Part shown: positions 6,860-16,249 of the stretch, one piece after another
Layout of the letters: every line of letters starts with the position of its first letter
How positions within the stretch are numbered: the stretch's first letter is position 1
Origin: a virus
Taxonomy: Duplodnaviria; Caudoviricetes
Virus record (IMG/VR): IMGVR_UViG_3300007734_000672
Coordinates: 1-39,289 of that record
DNA: 39,289 nucleotides
Strand: one strand, 5' to 3'
The notes under the pieces: generated by a model
Databases searched by the model: none
Seen by the model: only the letters and a program-made list of their open reading frames with translations
What the model was told of the DNA's origin: nothing
Translations under genes and position numbers: made by a program

Positions 6860-8598
6860 TGATCGAGTCCACCGACCCGAAAAAACTACTAGACCGATTC
6901 ACAAAGTGCTGGAGCCAATCCTACGCCAAGCACACACAGAATTGCGAGTTCTACAAAAAGTGTGACGACGGATATAATGCTGTCATCAAGCCCTCTAGTA
7001 GTGAGTGGCAATCTGATTTGCATCCTCCGTACGCTTTGCAGATTATTGACATTATTGAATCTAACATTGTTGACGACCAGCCCGACATGCGCGTCGTCCC
7101 AGCACAACCAGACGACAGTAATGGTGCGGAACTATTGACGCACATTATTCGCCAGCAGCGTTACAAGGATAATTTTCCTGAGAAGTACGCTTTGTTTGTG
7201 AAGCAGTCTCTTATTCGCGGCATTAGCGTGGCGAAGATTCCGTGGATGGAAGAATGGCGCAAAGTCCCCACACCAAACTACAAGCCTGATCCGCTCGGAC
7301 AGCGCCAGCCGTACCAGAATGTTCCGTACCGCCAACAGCCAGGATTCGTCAACGTAGACACTAATCACTTCTTGTGGGACGTTAACGCTACAAACCTTGA
7401 CGATGCTGAGTATGTCTTTTTTCGCACATACGAATCTAAGCGTAGCCTTGAAGCTGCTGGCGTGTACGAAGATTTAGACAAGATTGAAGTGCAAACAACC
7501 CATATTGGGTTGGATGAGAAAGAGCGCCGTGGTCGAGTGGAAGTTGTGGAGTGGTGGTGGCGCGATGGTGCATCCATGCGCCTTACTGTGATTGCTAACA
7601 AGTCTACGATTATTCGTGATTGCATTAGCCCGTTCTGGCATGGACAGTTCCCGTTTGTGGTGGCGAACGTGATGCCGACCCCATTCTCGTTTCGCGGTAA
7701 GAGCATTGTTGAGATCATTAGTGATTTGCAGATTGCCTTGTGGGAGCTACAGAATCAACGCATTGACAACTCTAAGTTCATGGCTAACGCCGCTATGTTT
7801 GTTGACCCAAACACGGATCAGCAAGACATTCGCCTCTACCCAGGAGCCGTGATTCCGCTCCGCCCCGACCAGGTGCAGGCGTGGGTGCCTAACATTAGTA
7901 TTCTCCAGCCGTCTGTGCAGGCTGAGGAGATGTTGAAGGGCGACTTGCAGAACATTACGGGTGCTGTGGGTTACTTGTCTGGTGCTTCTGGCACGGAAAT
8001 TGATCAGACTACTGCTACGGGCATTAGTGTTATTAGTAACATGGCTGCTAAGCGCATTATTCGCATGAAGCAGCAGATTATGTTTGCTATGCGGCGTGCT
8101 GGTGAGCAGCAGATTGCGCTTAATCAGCAGCTTCTTCCCGGCCCGATTGCTGTTCGTATTGATCGTGATGCGGCTGAGGATTGGAAGATGGTTAGCCCTA
8201 CTGACATTCAGGGACAGTACGACTATAGGGTTGAGGATGCAAACGAGTCGCTTATGCGGCAGGAGCGTCGAGCAGAGTCGCTTGCGTTTGCTAACTGGTT
8301 TGGTCAGAATTACGCTTTGCTCGTCCAGTCCGGGGTACAGCCGAACATGCGGCGTGTAGCTGAGGATGTTATTCAGGCATTTGATGAAGACCCGAAAGAG
8401 TATTTGGGTAATGATCCTTCTTCGCCGGACGGCACACAAGTGCAGAACCCGCTCTTGGTCGGAGGGCCGGGTCAGTCACAGCCGGGGGCGACAACCCCAT
8501 TTGGCGGTGCTGCTAGTTCTGGTATGGCCCCTGGGTTTCCGCCTGAACTCGCTGCGCTTTTCGGGGCCGTCCCCGGCGCTAATCCTTCTCAACCATAG
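6859..8598 (+). CDS. Portal protein (P22-like)
   Basis: About 580 aa from ATG 6859 (TAATG overlap). Upstream of scaffold and MCP. PFWHGQFPFV, GKSIVEIISDLQ, ITGAVGYLSG, TATG and DIQGQYDYRV motifs; low-complexity C-terminal tail. Confidence 0.85.
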   Translation: MIESTDPKKLLDRFTKCWSQSYAKHTQNCEFYKKCDDGYNAVIKPSSSEWQSDLHPPYALQIIDIIESNIVDDQPDMRVVPAQPDDSNGAELLTHIIRQQRYKDNFPEKYALFVKQSLIRGISVAKIPWMEEWRKVPTPNYKPDPLGQRQPYQNVPYRQQPGFVNVDTNHFLWDVNATNLDDAEYVFFRTYESKRSLEAAGVYEDLDKIEVQTTHIGLDEKERRGRVEVVEWWWRDGASMRLTVIANKSTIIRDCISPFWHGQFPFVVANVMPTPFSFRGKSIVEIISDLQIALWELQNQRIDNSKFMANAAMFVDPNTDQQDIRLYPGAVIPLRPDQVQAWVPNISILQPSVQAEEMLKGDLQNITGAVGYLSGASGTEIDQTTATGISVISNMAAKRIIRMKQQIMFAMRRAGEQQIALNQQLLPGPIAVRIDRDAAEDWKMVSPTDIQGQYDYRVEDANESLMRQERRAESLAFANWFGQNYALLVQSGVQPNMRRVAEDVIQAFDEDPKEYLGNDPSSPDGTQVQNPLLVGGPGQSQPGATTPFGGAASSGMAPGFPPELAALFGAVPGANPSQP

Positions 8599-8602
8599 TT
8601 AT

Positions 8603-8630
8603 CCGACCAAACCGACCTTCCGACCGGAGG
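8603..8630 (+). promoter_or_regulatory. Triple CCGACC motif and SD-sequestering hairpin
   Basis: CCGACC at 8603, 8612 and 8620. CTTCC(8617-21)-GACC-GGAGG(8626-30) can pair over the SD. Confidence 0.55.
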
Positions 8631-8634
8631 AACA

Positions 8635-9528
8635 ATGAGCAGTAACGATACGACGACAGAAACCGATCCGATTGCTGAGGCGATCCTGTATGGTGGAAAC
8701 GTGCCGCCAGCTCCAGAAGTAAATTCTGGTGCAGATGTTGAACCGGAATCTGGTGCAGATATTGCCGTAGAAGAAGAACTCTTGCTTGGCAAGTTTAAAA
8801 CGTCTGAAGACATGGCGGCTGCGTACCAGAACCTAGAACGCGAGTTCACACAAGCCCGTCAGCGCGCCATTGACCTTGAGTCTCTGCTCGACGACGAGCC
8901 AGACGAGGTTGCCCCCGCGTGGAACTCCGCCTTTACTGGCGCTAACCCGCAGAACGAAACTGAGCTTGTTAGTTGGGCCGAAAGTAACCCTGGTGCTGCC
9001 GCACAGTGGGCTATTGCCAATGGTGATCGTGTTGGTCAAGACACTGTTACGGCTTTGTGGGAGCATTGGTTTGAGGTCAAGCCAACTGAGGCTATGGCGT
9101 GGTACACGACGCAGCAGACGCAGACGATTGCTTCGCAGTACGAGGGTCGCATTGCAGAGTTGCAAGAGCAGATCGCTCCGTTGCGGGATCAGCAGACGCA
9201 GGCTCTTTTTGAGTCTAGTCTTGACTCGCTAGAGGGCCAGATTCCCGATCTTGCTGATTATAGTGAGAAAATCCAGGCATATATTGACAATATTCCTACG
9301 GATCAGCTTCACTTGGCGTTCTTCCCGCAAGGGATGGACACACCAGAGAAGATTCAAGAAGGCGTTAAAAGTTTGTATGCGATTGTTCGTATGCGAGAGA
9401 CACCTTTGCAGTCCCTACAGCAGGGTAGTGTTAATCAGAATGCGTTTACGCAGTCTCGTCAAGGCGTTGCCGACAACGGGCCTGTGGATTACGATGCTAA
9501 GATTAATGCTGCTATCCTTCAAGGATAG
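8635..9528 (+). CDS. Capsid scaffolding protein
   Basis: Acidic and helical, with an LLGKFKTSEDMAAAYQNLERE motif. Lies between portal and MCP. GGAGG SD. Confidence 0.8.
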   Translation: MSSNDTTTETDPIAEAILYGGNVPPAPEVNSGADVEPESGADIAVEEELLLGKFKTSEDMAAAYQNLEREFTQARQRAIDLESLLDDEPDEVAPAWNSAFTGANPQNETELVSWAESNPGAAAQWAIANGDRVGQDTVTALWEHWFEVKPTEAMAWYTTQQTQTIASQYEGRIAELQEQIAPLRDQQTQALFESSLDSLEGQIPDLADYSEKIQAYIDNIPTDQLHLAFFPQGMDTPEKIQEGVKSLYAIVRMRETPLQSLQQGSVNQNAFTQSRQGVADNGPVDYDAKINAAILQG

Positions 9529-9624
9529 AGAGCCGACCAGTACGACCATCGTGGCCCAACCCGACCGTTGGACAACCGCAAACCATCATCCATCATCTAG
9601 TTAGAAAGGTTAGGTTACAATTTA

Positions 9625-10815
9625 ATGCCTACCATCCTTACTGGGGTAGTTGACGACGCGGATATTCTGTCCAATCAGCGTGTCGTTGATATGTCCCCAA
9701 CCATCGCCCAGCTTGAGCCTGATGAGGCTCCGCTCACGACGATGCTCCAGAAGACGAGTAAGCGCGCTGCTTTCTCGCAGAAGGTTGAGTGGCTGTCGGA
9801 CGAACTCGTCCCACGCCTCACGACTCTCAGTGCCTCGGCTACCTCGGCGGCTACGGCCCTGTCGGTTGCTACTGGTACTGGCACGTACTTTCGTCCCGGC
9901 GATGTGATTCGCATTGCGTCCACGGGCGAGAACTGTGCCGTTAGTGCCGTGTCTGCTGACACGGTGTATCTCGTCTCTCGTAGTCTTGGTGGCGTAACGG
10001 CTGTTTCGCCGTTGCCAAGCCCGATCACGAGTGTTTCTGCCGCAAACGGCGTTGACCTGATTAAGGTTGGTAATGCTGCCGCCGAAGGCGCAACTCTTGG
10101 TACGCTCATTCAAACCAAGAAGGTTGCTAACTACAACTACGCACAGATTCAGCGTGACCCGTGGGGCTTTACGAACACGTTGGTCGCGTCGAAGCTGTAC
10201 GGTGGCCCGGAGCCTGCTAACGAGGCTAAGAAGAAGCTGATTGAGCATAAGCGCCAGATGGAGAACACTCTGTTCTGGGGCGTGCGCGATCTGGTTACGA
10301 CTGGTTCGGCTCCGATTGGTTACGTCGGCGGCCTGTACCAGTACATCCAGTCCAACCTGACGGCTAGCGTTGGCGATCTCACAGAGAAGATCTTTGAGAC
10401 GTTCCTTCGCAAGGCGTTCCGTTACGGTTCGCAGAACAAGGTTATGTTCTGCTCGCCACTCGTCGCTTCGGCGCTGTCGAGCTTCCCGCAGGGTAAGCTT
10501 GCTCCGCCGTCTCCGTCGATTGACACGTTTGGCGTGTCGCTGAGCAAGTATCAGTCTGCTTCTGGTGCAATGGTTGACATTGCTATCAAGCGCGATTGGT
10601 ACGACTTTGCGTCTACTGGAAACCAGTACGGCGGCATTGGTGTCGTCGTGGACATGGACGACATTACGATGCGTCCCCTCCGTGACACGGTGCTGAAGCC
10701 GGATCGTCAGGCGAACGATGAGGACTCCATTAAGCAGGAGTACCTCACTGAGTGGTCGCTTGAGATCGGCCTTGAGAAGAAGCACGCTATCATCTCTGGC
10801 ATTACCGGCTACTAA
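9625..10815 (+). CDS. Major capsid protein (DUF5309/SU10-like HK97 fold with beta-rich insertion)
   Basis: Position after scaffold, 396 aa. EAPLTTML...KVEWLSDEL, NYAQI, EHKRQMENTLFWG, GGL and EWSLEI..EKKHAII motifs. Strongly biased codon usage; followed by a hairpin. Confidence 0.9.
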   Translation: MPTILTGVVDDADILSNQRVVDMSPTIAQLEPDEAPLTTMLQKTSKRAAFSQKVEWLSDELVPRLTTLSASATSAATALSVATGTGTYFRPGDVIRIASTGENCAVSAVSADTVYLVSRSLGGVTAVSPLPSPITSVSAANGVDLIKVGNAAAEGATLGTLIQTKKVANYNYAQIQRDPWGFTNTLVASKLYGGPEPANEAKKKLIEHKRQMENTLFWGVRDLVTTGSAPIGYVGGLYQYIQSNLTASVGDLTEKIFETFLRKAFRYGSQNKVMFCSPLVASALSSFPQGKLAPPSPSIDTFGVSLSKYQSASGAMVDIAIKRDWYDFASTGNQYGGIGVVVDMDDITMRPLRDTVLKPDRQANDEDSIKQEYLTEWSLEIGLEKKHAIISGITGY

Positions 10816-10825
10816 GCCAACAAGT

Positions 10826-10859
10826 CTGGGAGAGCCGCTAATACTGGCGGCTCTCCCAG
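10826..10859 (+). terminator. Strong hairpin after MCP (terminator/attenuator or mRNA stabiliser)
   Basis: CTGGGAGAGCCGC...GCGGCTCTCCCAG 13-bp perfect stem. Only a short, offset T-run follows. Confidence 0.7.
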
Positions 10860-10889
10860 CACGATTTTCCTACCGACCAGGAGCAACAA

Positions 10890-11534
10890 ATGCGTTTTGT
10901 TAGTAAGAGTTCTAATTTTACGTTTATCGCTCAGCCCGACAAGGTTCAGATGGTGCTTGGGCCGGGTGGCGTAATGATTCCACAGACCATTCAGCCTGAA
11001 ATTGTGTGTGATTTTGTGCATGGCATGTGTCGCCCCGACGAGTCAATGATGGCTGCCGAAAAGTGGCTAGGTTTGGGCGCTCGTCGAGATGGTAGTCCTG
11101 CTGCGTTTGGCGCTGGCCCTTCCGTTTCAAGTGGTGTTGTTAACGGTGTTGCGCATGATGGTTTTAATCCGATGATTAAGTTTAGTGTCTTTGACACGGA
11201 AACCATCCCTGACGAGGCTAGCCGCAAGATTGCTGAGGAGCGTCTTCTTACTGATTCGGCTAACGGAAACTACTACATTCTTGTTAGCGATAAGAAGCTT
11301 GATCCGCCGTGGCCCACGTACGAGAACTTGAAGGGCGTTAAGGGCGCTCCGGTGTCCAAGCAGGTTACGGAGATGATTCGTAACGGTGGCTTTGATCTTG
11401 ATTACGTTTCTGCGTACGAGGCTGCTCGTGAGAATCCGCGTCAGGACGTTATTGACGCAATTGAGGTTCTGCGTGGAGAACTTATTGCTGAGGCGAATGA
11501 GGATGCTTCGCTTCGTCGTGAGATTCCAGCCTAG
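10890..11534 (+). CDS. Hypothetical head-associated protein
   Basis: 214 aa with AGGAG SD. C-terminal YEAARENPRQDVIDAIE resembles tails of post-capsid proteins. Confidence 0.7.
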   Translation: MRFVSKSSNFTFIAQPDKVQMVLGPGGVMIPQTIQPEIVCDFVHGMCRPDESMMAAEKWLGLGARRDGSPAAFGAGPSVSSGVVNGVAHDGFNPMIKFSVFDTETIPDEASRKIAEERLLTDSANGNYYILVSDKKLDPPWPTYENLKGVKGAPVSKQVTEMIRNGGFDLDYVSAYEAARENPRQDVIDAIEVLRGELIAEANEDASLRREIPA

Positions 11535-11536
11535 TA

Positions 11537-13105
11537 GTGCATAACGATATTGCGGCTCATAAGGCGAATGTTCTTCGTCATGTGACTGTTGTGATGCCGT
11601 GGGGTGGCGAGAAGGAGCATTTGTTAAGGGATGCTATCCGCTCGTTGCCTCGCGGCATTCGTTTTGTTATTGCCAAGAATGCTGGGAAGCATGAAATGGC
11701 TACTGCGTTTAATGCGGCTATAGAAAGTGTACGTACAAAGTACACCTTTATTATGGGTGCCGATGATGTAATTGATTCTAAGACGCTGTGGCGATTGTGG
11801 GAGGCGGCTATTGGTGCGGATGGTGCGTATCCGTGGATGCTTGTGTTTGGTTATAAACGTTATCGAATGCTTGCTGAGCCGTGGTGTCCTCGCCGCCTGC
11901 AAGACGCAAACTTGTGTGGCGTAATGCTTGTCAAAACTGACGCTATTCGTAGCGTTGGTGGGTATCGCGATGTTGCAATTGAAGATTGGGATATGACGTA
12001 TCGGTTGGGGAAAGCTGGCTATCGCTTAAACCCTGCTCCGCTTGCGCGTTACGGGTATCGTCAACAGTATGATGGTTTGCATCGTTCTACAATGCGCGAA
12101 GCAAATAAGCTTGGTATGGACTGGCCCGACCTAGCGCCTTATGAGACGCGCGTAGAGGTGCCTGCCGTGTTCTACGAGTGGAGACTTGATGGAACGGGTT
12201 ACGTGCGCTCCGAACTTGCCTCACGCACCACAAAGAGCGTTGTGCGCACAAGCCTAGATCAATACGATAACCATCAAGCAAAGTCGTGGGTGTTTCAATA
12301 TCCAAATTCTGATGCGCAAGAGTTCTGGGACATAGCAAAAGCGCTAGGCAAACGCCGCATTGTGGATGTTGACGATAATTATGTGTCGCCAGAATTAGAG
12401 CAAGTTGTGCGCGAGTTTCACCCAGAGAATGCGGATAGGTGGGCAGAACGGCAAGAGTCGCACCGCCAGATGGTTCGTGAGGCTGACGGTGTTATTTGTG
12501 CAACCTTTGCTTTGGCTGACGTATACCAAGAGTTAAACAAGAACATTATCGTTTGTGAGAACACCGTTGATCCGTCTGATTGGAATTATTCTTCGTCAAA
12601 GAAGAAGATAGTTGGCGTTGTGTTGTCTCAGAATCACCTTAAAGACATTTCGCTAGTAGAAGAAGCGTGTCGAGCCGCGTCAAAGATTAAGGGAGTTGAG
12701 GTACAGGTTGTTGGGCTTGACCCAGATTGGGACTTCTCTTACACAAGCTTTGGGTTTACTCCTAGCATCTCGTCGTATCGTCGTGTTTTGTCTAGGTGGA
12801 GCATTGGTCTTGCGCCTGTTATTGATAATGATGTTACGCGCTGTAAGAGCGACTTGAAGTGGCTGGAGTTTACGATGAGTAAGGCTGTGCTTGTGGCGAG
12901 CGACTCTGAAGCGTATAAGCGTGTGCCGGATGATTGCATTATGCGAGCTACAAACGCACAGGAGTTTAAGGATCGGGTTGTGTCCTTGTTGCGTGACGAG
13001 TCTAGGCGTAAACAATTGTTGCGTGCTTCTACGTTGCACGTGAAACAAAACCGGCTTGTTGGCAATGAGTCGTTGCGGAACAGGTACAATACACTATTAG
13101 TATGA
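11537..13105 (+). CDS. Two-domain glycosyltransferase (GT2/GT-A-like N-half plus GT4/GT-B-like C-half)
   Basis: N-half: VTVVMP, GADD (DxD-like), VGGY, EDWDM. C-half: GTGYVR, VDVDD, ADGVICAT..LA, ENTVD, IGLAPV...RCKSDLKWLE. Confidence 0.85.
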   Translation: MHNDIAAHKANVLRHVTVVMPWGGEKEHLLRDAIRSLPRGIRFVIAKNAGKHEMATAFNAAIESVRTKYTFIMGADDVIDSKTLWRLWEAAIGADGAYPWMLVFGYKRYRMLAEPWCPRRLQDANLCGVMLVKTDAIRSVGGYRDVAIEDWDMTYRLGKAGYRLNPAPLARYGYRQQYDGLHRSTMREANKLGMDWPDLAPYETRVEVPAVFYEWRLDGTGYVRSELASRTTKSVVRTSLDQYDNHQAKSWVFQYPNSDAQEFWDIAKALGKRRIVDVDDNYVSPELEQVVREFHPENADRWAERQESHRQMVREADGVICATFALADVYQELNKNIIVCENTVDPSDWNYSSSKKKIVGVVLSQNHLKDISLVEEACRAASKIKGVEVQVVGLDPDWDFSYTSFGFTPSISSYRRVLSRWSIGLAPVIDNDVTRCKSDLKWLEFTMSKAVLVASDSEAYKRVPDDCIMRATNAQEFKDRVVSLLRDESRRKQLLRASTLHVKQNRLVGNESLRNRYNTLLV

Positions 13106-13485
13106 AAGTCATCGAACATCAGGCGTGGCGTAGGCCCATTCTTGCGCACGCAGAAGAAACATACGACCTTGTAGCCGGAGAGCCTAAGCGTGCCATTATG
13201 TGGTACATCCACGGTGAGCATCAAGAGGAAGATCAGAAGCGTCTTGCCCAGGGTCTTGCGTGTGGGGATTGTCTTAGCGTGTTTCCGGCTCGACCAGCGA
13301 TGGAGAACTTGCGGGATTGGCGACCAATTTCGCACGAGTGGAACACGATCCGCACGCCTAGCGAAGTGCTTGCCCTTGTTGTCCAGGGGCGTTGCCCTAC
13401 GTGTGGCAGCGAAGTATCTCCAGAGATGCACAACGTTATGCACCGTGGACTTGACCCGTTCCGACCACGAGGGATGGATAGCTAG
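13102..13485 (+). CDS. Hypothetical Zn-binding protein
   Basis: CGDC and CPTC pairs; coupled by ATGA and TAGTG overlaps. Confidence 0.7.
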   Translation: MKVIEHQAWRRPILAHAEETYDLVAGEPKRAIMWYIHGEHQEEDQKRLAQGLACGDCLSVFPARPAMENLRDWRPISHEWNTIRTPSEVLALVVQGRCPTCGSEVSPEMHNVMHRGLDPFRPRGMDS

Positions 13486-14180
13486 TGACTACATTTGCCC
13501 AGCTTAAGGCGCGCGCAGAGAACCTTGCTCTTGCTTCTGACGATACTGAAGCTGGCTTGTGTGTTAATGATGCGTTGACGGACATTGTTGTTACGTCGCA
13601 ACTCAAAGTTACAGTGTCAAACGAGTCGCTTACGAGTGGTCAGTCGGTGTACGACATTAGTTCCGACTTTGCGATCACAGACTTTGGTGCGCTCCAGTAC
13701 CTAGAGTACCTCGCTCTTGGCGCAACACAATCGTACATTCTTGAACCAATTGCTGCTGATGAGATTCTTGCGCTGACTGCGACTAATCCTATTGGTGCTG
13801 CTCGACAATACGCATTCTTGGGCCTAGACACGATTCGCTTGTGGCCCGTTCCGCAGGCAACCGGGGACATTCTGAGGGTGTATTACGCTCAGACACCAAC
13901 AGCGTTGTCTGCCGATGGTGATATTCCTAGTGACATTCCATCCCAATGGCATTGGCTTATCACCATTGGTGCCGCTGCTCGTCTTGCCGACGCGGTTGGT
14001 GAGGATCAGAACCTCAGCATGGCGCTTGACGCTAAGTTCCAAGCCGGGATGATTGCGTTCCAGAAGTTTATGACTCGTCGTTCGGGCCGCACGGCTCGTC
14101 GTATCCAGGTGGGTTTTCTTCGCAATCCGCGCCGCCCGTTCCACGACAATTCGACGTATTATTCTCCTGGCTCGCGCTAA
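13485..14180 (+). CDS. Head-tail adaptor (P22 gp4 / T7 tubular protein A-like)
   Basis: MTTFAQLK N-terminus and IRLWPVP...LRVYY...P..L.ADGDIP.DIPSQWH motifs, typical of podophage adaptors. Confidence 0.75.
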   Translation: MTTFAQLKARAENLALASDDTEAGLCVNDALTDIVVTSQLKVTVSNESLTSGQSVYDISSDFAITDFGALQYLEYLALGATQSYILEPIAADEILALTATNPIGAARQYAFLGLDTIRLWPVPQATGDILRVYYAQTPTALSADGDIPSDIPSQWHWLITIGAAARLADAVGEDQNLSMALDAKFQAGMIAFQKFMTRRSGRTARRIQVGFLRNPRRPFHDNSTYYSPGSR

Positions 14181-16249
14181 TGGCTGGAACCCTAAAATAC
14201 GTTTCGCACGCCAACTTTGGGCTTGGCATGATTCAAGATTCGCCGCGCCACTTGTTGCCGGAAGGCGCTGTGTGGGATGCGTCAAACGTTGTAGTTACTC
14301 GTTCGGGTTCGCTTGCCAAGCGTGGCGCGTCCACAAGCGCGATTCTGGCAAAGTCGAGCATTGTTCCTAAGAGTATTGGTGCGCAGAAGTCTGCCGCTGT
14401 TGATGGTTTGTCTAGGCTTTACGCTTTGTCGCTTAATGGTTCAACTGGCGTTACGGTTAGTTCGCTTGATCTTGCGTCTACGCAGCAACCATTGTATTCG
14501 TTTAACTCGTCTTTAACGACTAGTGCTTTTGGTGCGAATCCTGTTGTGTTTGGTGATTCGTGTGTGTTTAGTCTTGATGGTGCTAGCACTCTTGCGTTTT
14601 GTGGTGGGCAAAGTATGCAAAACGCTGTTGAGTTTTCCGCAGCAAGCGTAAGCATTGCTATTACTGCCGGGTCTAACTCCTTGCCTGTTGGCGCAAGCAT
14701 TGCCCCCCAGTGCGCCGTTGGCGGGTATGTTCACCTAAGTATTGTTGGCACAAGCGAATACACAGGACGCATTGTCGCCCTTGACGCTACAACAATTACC
14801 GTTGATCCGCCTCCTACTACCGCGTTTACCGCTACAAGCTTTGCTTTCTACCCCGTTCTCCCTATGGTCGGTACGCGCAACGGGCTTAGTGGTTCTAACG
14901 GGGCATACCCTATTGCCGCTGGTTGTGTCGGCACGTTCTCTAGTGGTCGAGATACGCGCCTGCTTCTTGGCGACGTAACGATTTTTACAACAACGGGCGC
15001 TACTTCTACTAGGTATCCAAATCGTGTTATGTGGAGCGCGCGCGAAAAAATGGACGCTGCGACACCAAACTGTGACGGTTTGATTCAAGCAACCAGGGCA
15101 GGTTGGCCTCAGCTTAACTATATTGACATTGAAGACATGGATCGAATCCTTGCTCTTGTCCCAATTGGTTCGGGAAACTTGCTGGTTGTGGGTGGTAATC
15201 AGTGCGTGATGCTTAGTGGTGCTTTGACGACGCAGATTGAAGCAAGCGCGGCAAACCTGGCAAAGAATGATCTTAGTGTAACGATTCGCGCGTTTCCCCA
15301 GCGCGTCGGTTGTCTTAGCGCCAAGAGTGTGCAGGCTACCGCTAAAGGCGTGATGTTTGCGTCTCGTGATGGCGTGTACCTTACGGATGGTTCAAAGCTC
15401 GTAAACACTATGGATGGTCGGATCACTAACTTTTGGAGTGAAAACAATGATCCTATTAATCCTATTATTTGGGACGCTTCGTTGTGGGACGGCCCGGATG
15501 TATGGAGCGCCAGTGCTGGCAACGATGCCGTAAACGGGTCAGCCAACATTAACGATAGTCACTATTTTATTAGCATGGCTAAGCAAGGCTTCTTTTGTGA
15601 CATGCGTTCTGGCTTTGCTTGGACAAGAGTTCCAGCGTCAGAGCTTCAGATTGGTGGCAGCGTCACTGACCCGGAGCAGACAAGTAATCGAGTGTACGCT
15701 TTCCCCTCTAACTACGCAACTAGCGCTCCGTCAAGTATGGATCGCATTATGCGTCTTGATCCTGTTGTCATTCCGTCTAGTGGCGTTATTGACGCTGACG
15801 GGACAGGCTTTACTTCGTTCTTTGAGACAAGGGCGTATGTTGAGGGTGATCCTGCGCAGAAACGTAGGTTCCGTCATCTGCTTGTGACGTTCCAGGCTGC
15901 GTTGACGTACGGCTTGTTTCCGTCTAGTACGTTGTATCCGGCACAACCACAGGGTGCTTCCGGCTTGTCTATCTTGTCTGGCGCTTCGTTGTACCCTTCG
16001 TCGCTTTACAATGCTGGCTTTGATGTGGATGCGTGGGAAGGACTCGACCCCGACACCTCCGCTGCCCCTGTGTCTTCGTCTAACACAACAAGTTCTAGCT
16101 TGACTAGTCAGACTGTTCGGTACGATTCTCAGATTATTTCTAACGCGGTTTCGTATCGCGTGACAACTACTGGCACTCCGTCTAGTCTTGTGTTTTACGA
16201 GTTTACAAACGCCCTTAATCAGTTGCGTCCTGGGCGTGTGAGTGACTAG
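14180..16249 (+). CDS. Tail nozzle / stabilisation protein (P22 gp10 / T7 tubular protein B-like)
   Basis: 689 aa, beta-rich. NVVV...GSLAKRG, NRVMWS, VGCLSAKSV, FASRDGVY.TDG and GDPAQKRRF motifs. Follows the adaptor. Confidence 0.75.
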   Translation: MAGTLKYVSHANFGLGMIQDSPRHLLPEGAVWDASNVVVTRSGSLAKRGASTSAILAKSSIVPKSIGAQKSAAVDGLSRLYALSLNGSTGVTVSSLDLASTQQPLYSFNSSLTTSAFGANPVVFGDSCVFSLDGASTLAFCGGQSMQNAVEFSAASVSIAITAGSNSLPVGASIAPQCAVGGYVHLSIVGTSEYTGRIVALDATTITVDPPPTTAFTATSFAFYPVLPMVGTRNGLSGSNGAYPIAAGCVGTFSSGRDTRLLLGDVTIFTTTGATSTRYPNRVMWSAREKMDAATPNCDGLIQATRAGWPQLNYIDIEDMDRILALVPIGSGNLLVVGGNQCVMLSGALTTQIEASAANLAKNDLSVTIRAFPQRVGCLSAKSVQATAKGVMFASRDGVYLTDGSKLVNTMDGRITNFWSENNDPINPIIWDASLWDGPDVWSASAGNDAVNGSANINDSHYFISMAKQGFFCDMRSGFAWTRVPASELQIGGSVTDPEQTSNRVYAFPSNYATSAPSSMDRIMRLDPVVIPSSGVIDADGTGFTSFFETRAYVEGDPAQKRRFRHLLVTFQAALTYGLFPSSTLYPAQPQGASGLSILSGASLYPSSLYNAGFDVDAWEGLDPDTSAAPVSSSNTTSSSLTSQTVRYDSQIISNAVSYRVTTTGTPSSLVFYEFTNALNQLRPGRVSD

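Noticed and set aside
9622-10785. 387-aa minus-strand ORF antisense to the capsid gene
   Set aside because: Shadow of a codon-biased gene. Arg-rich nonsense composition with no SD or motifs.
10718-10903. Possible frameshift or readthrough extension of the capsid protein
   Set aside because: No slippery sequence near the MCP stop, and the downstream gene has its own SD.
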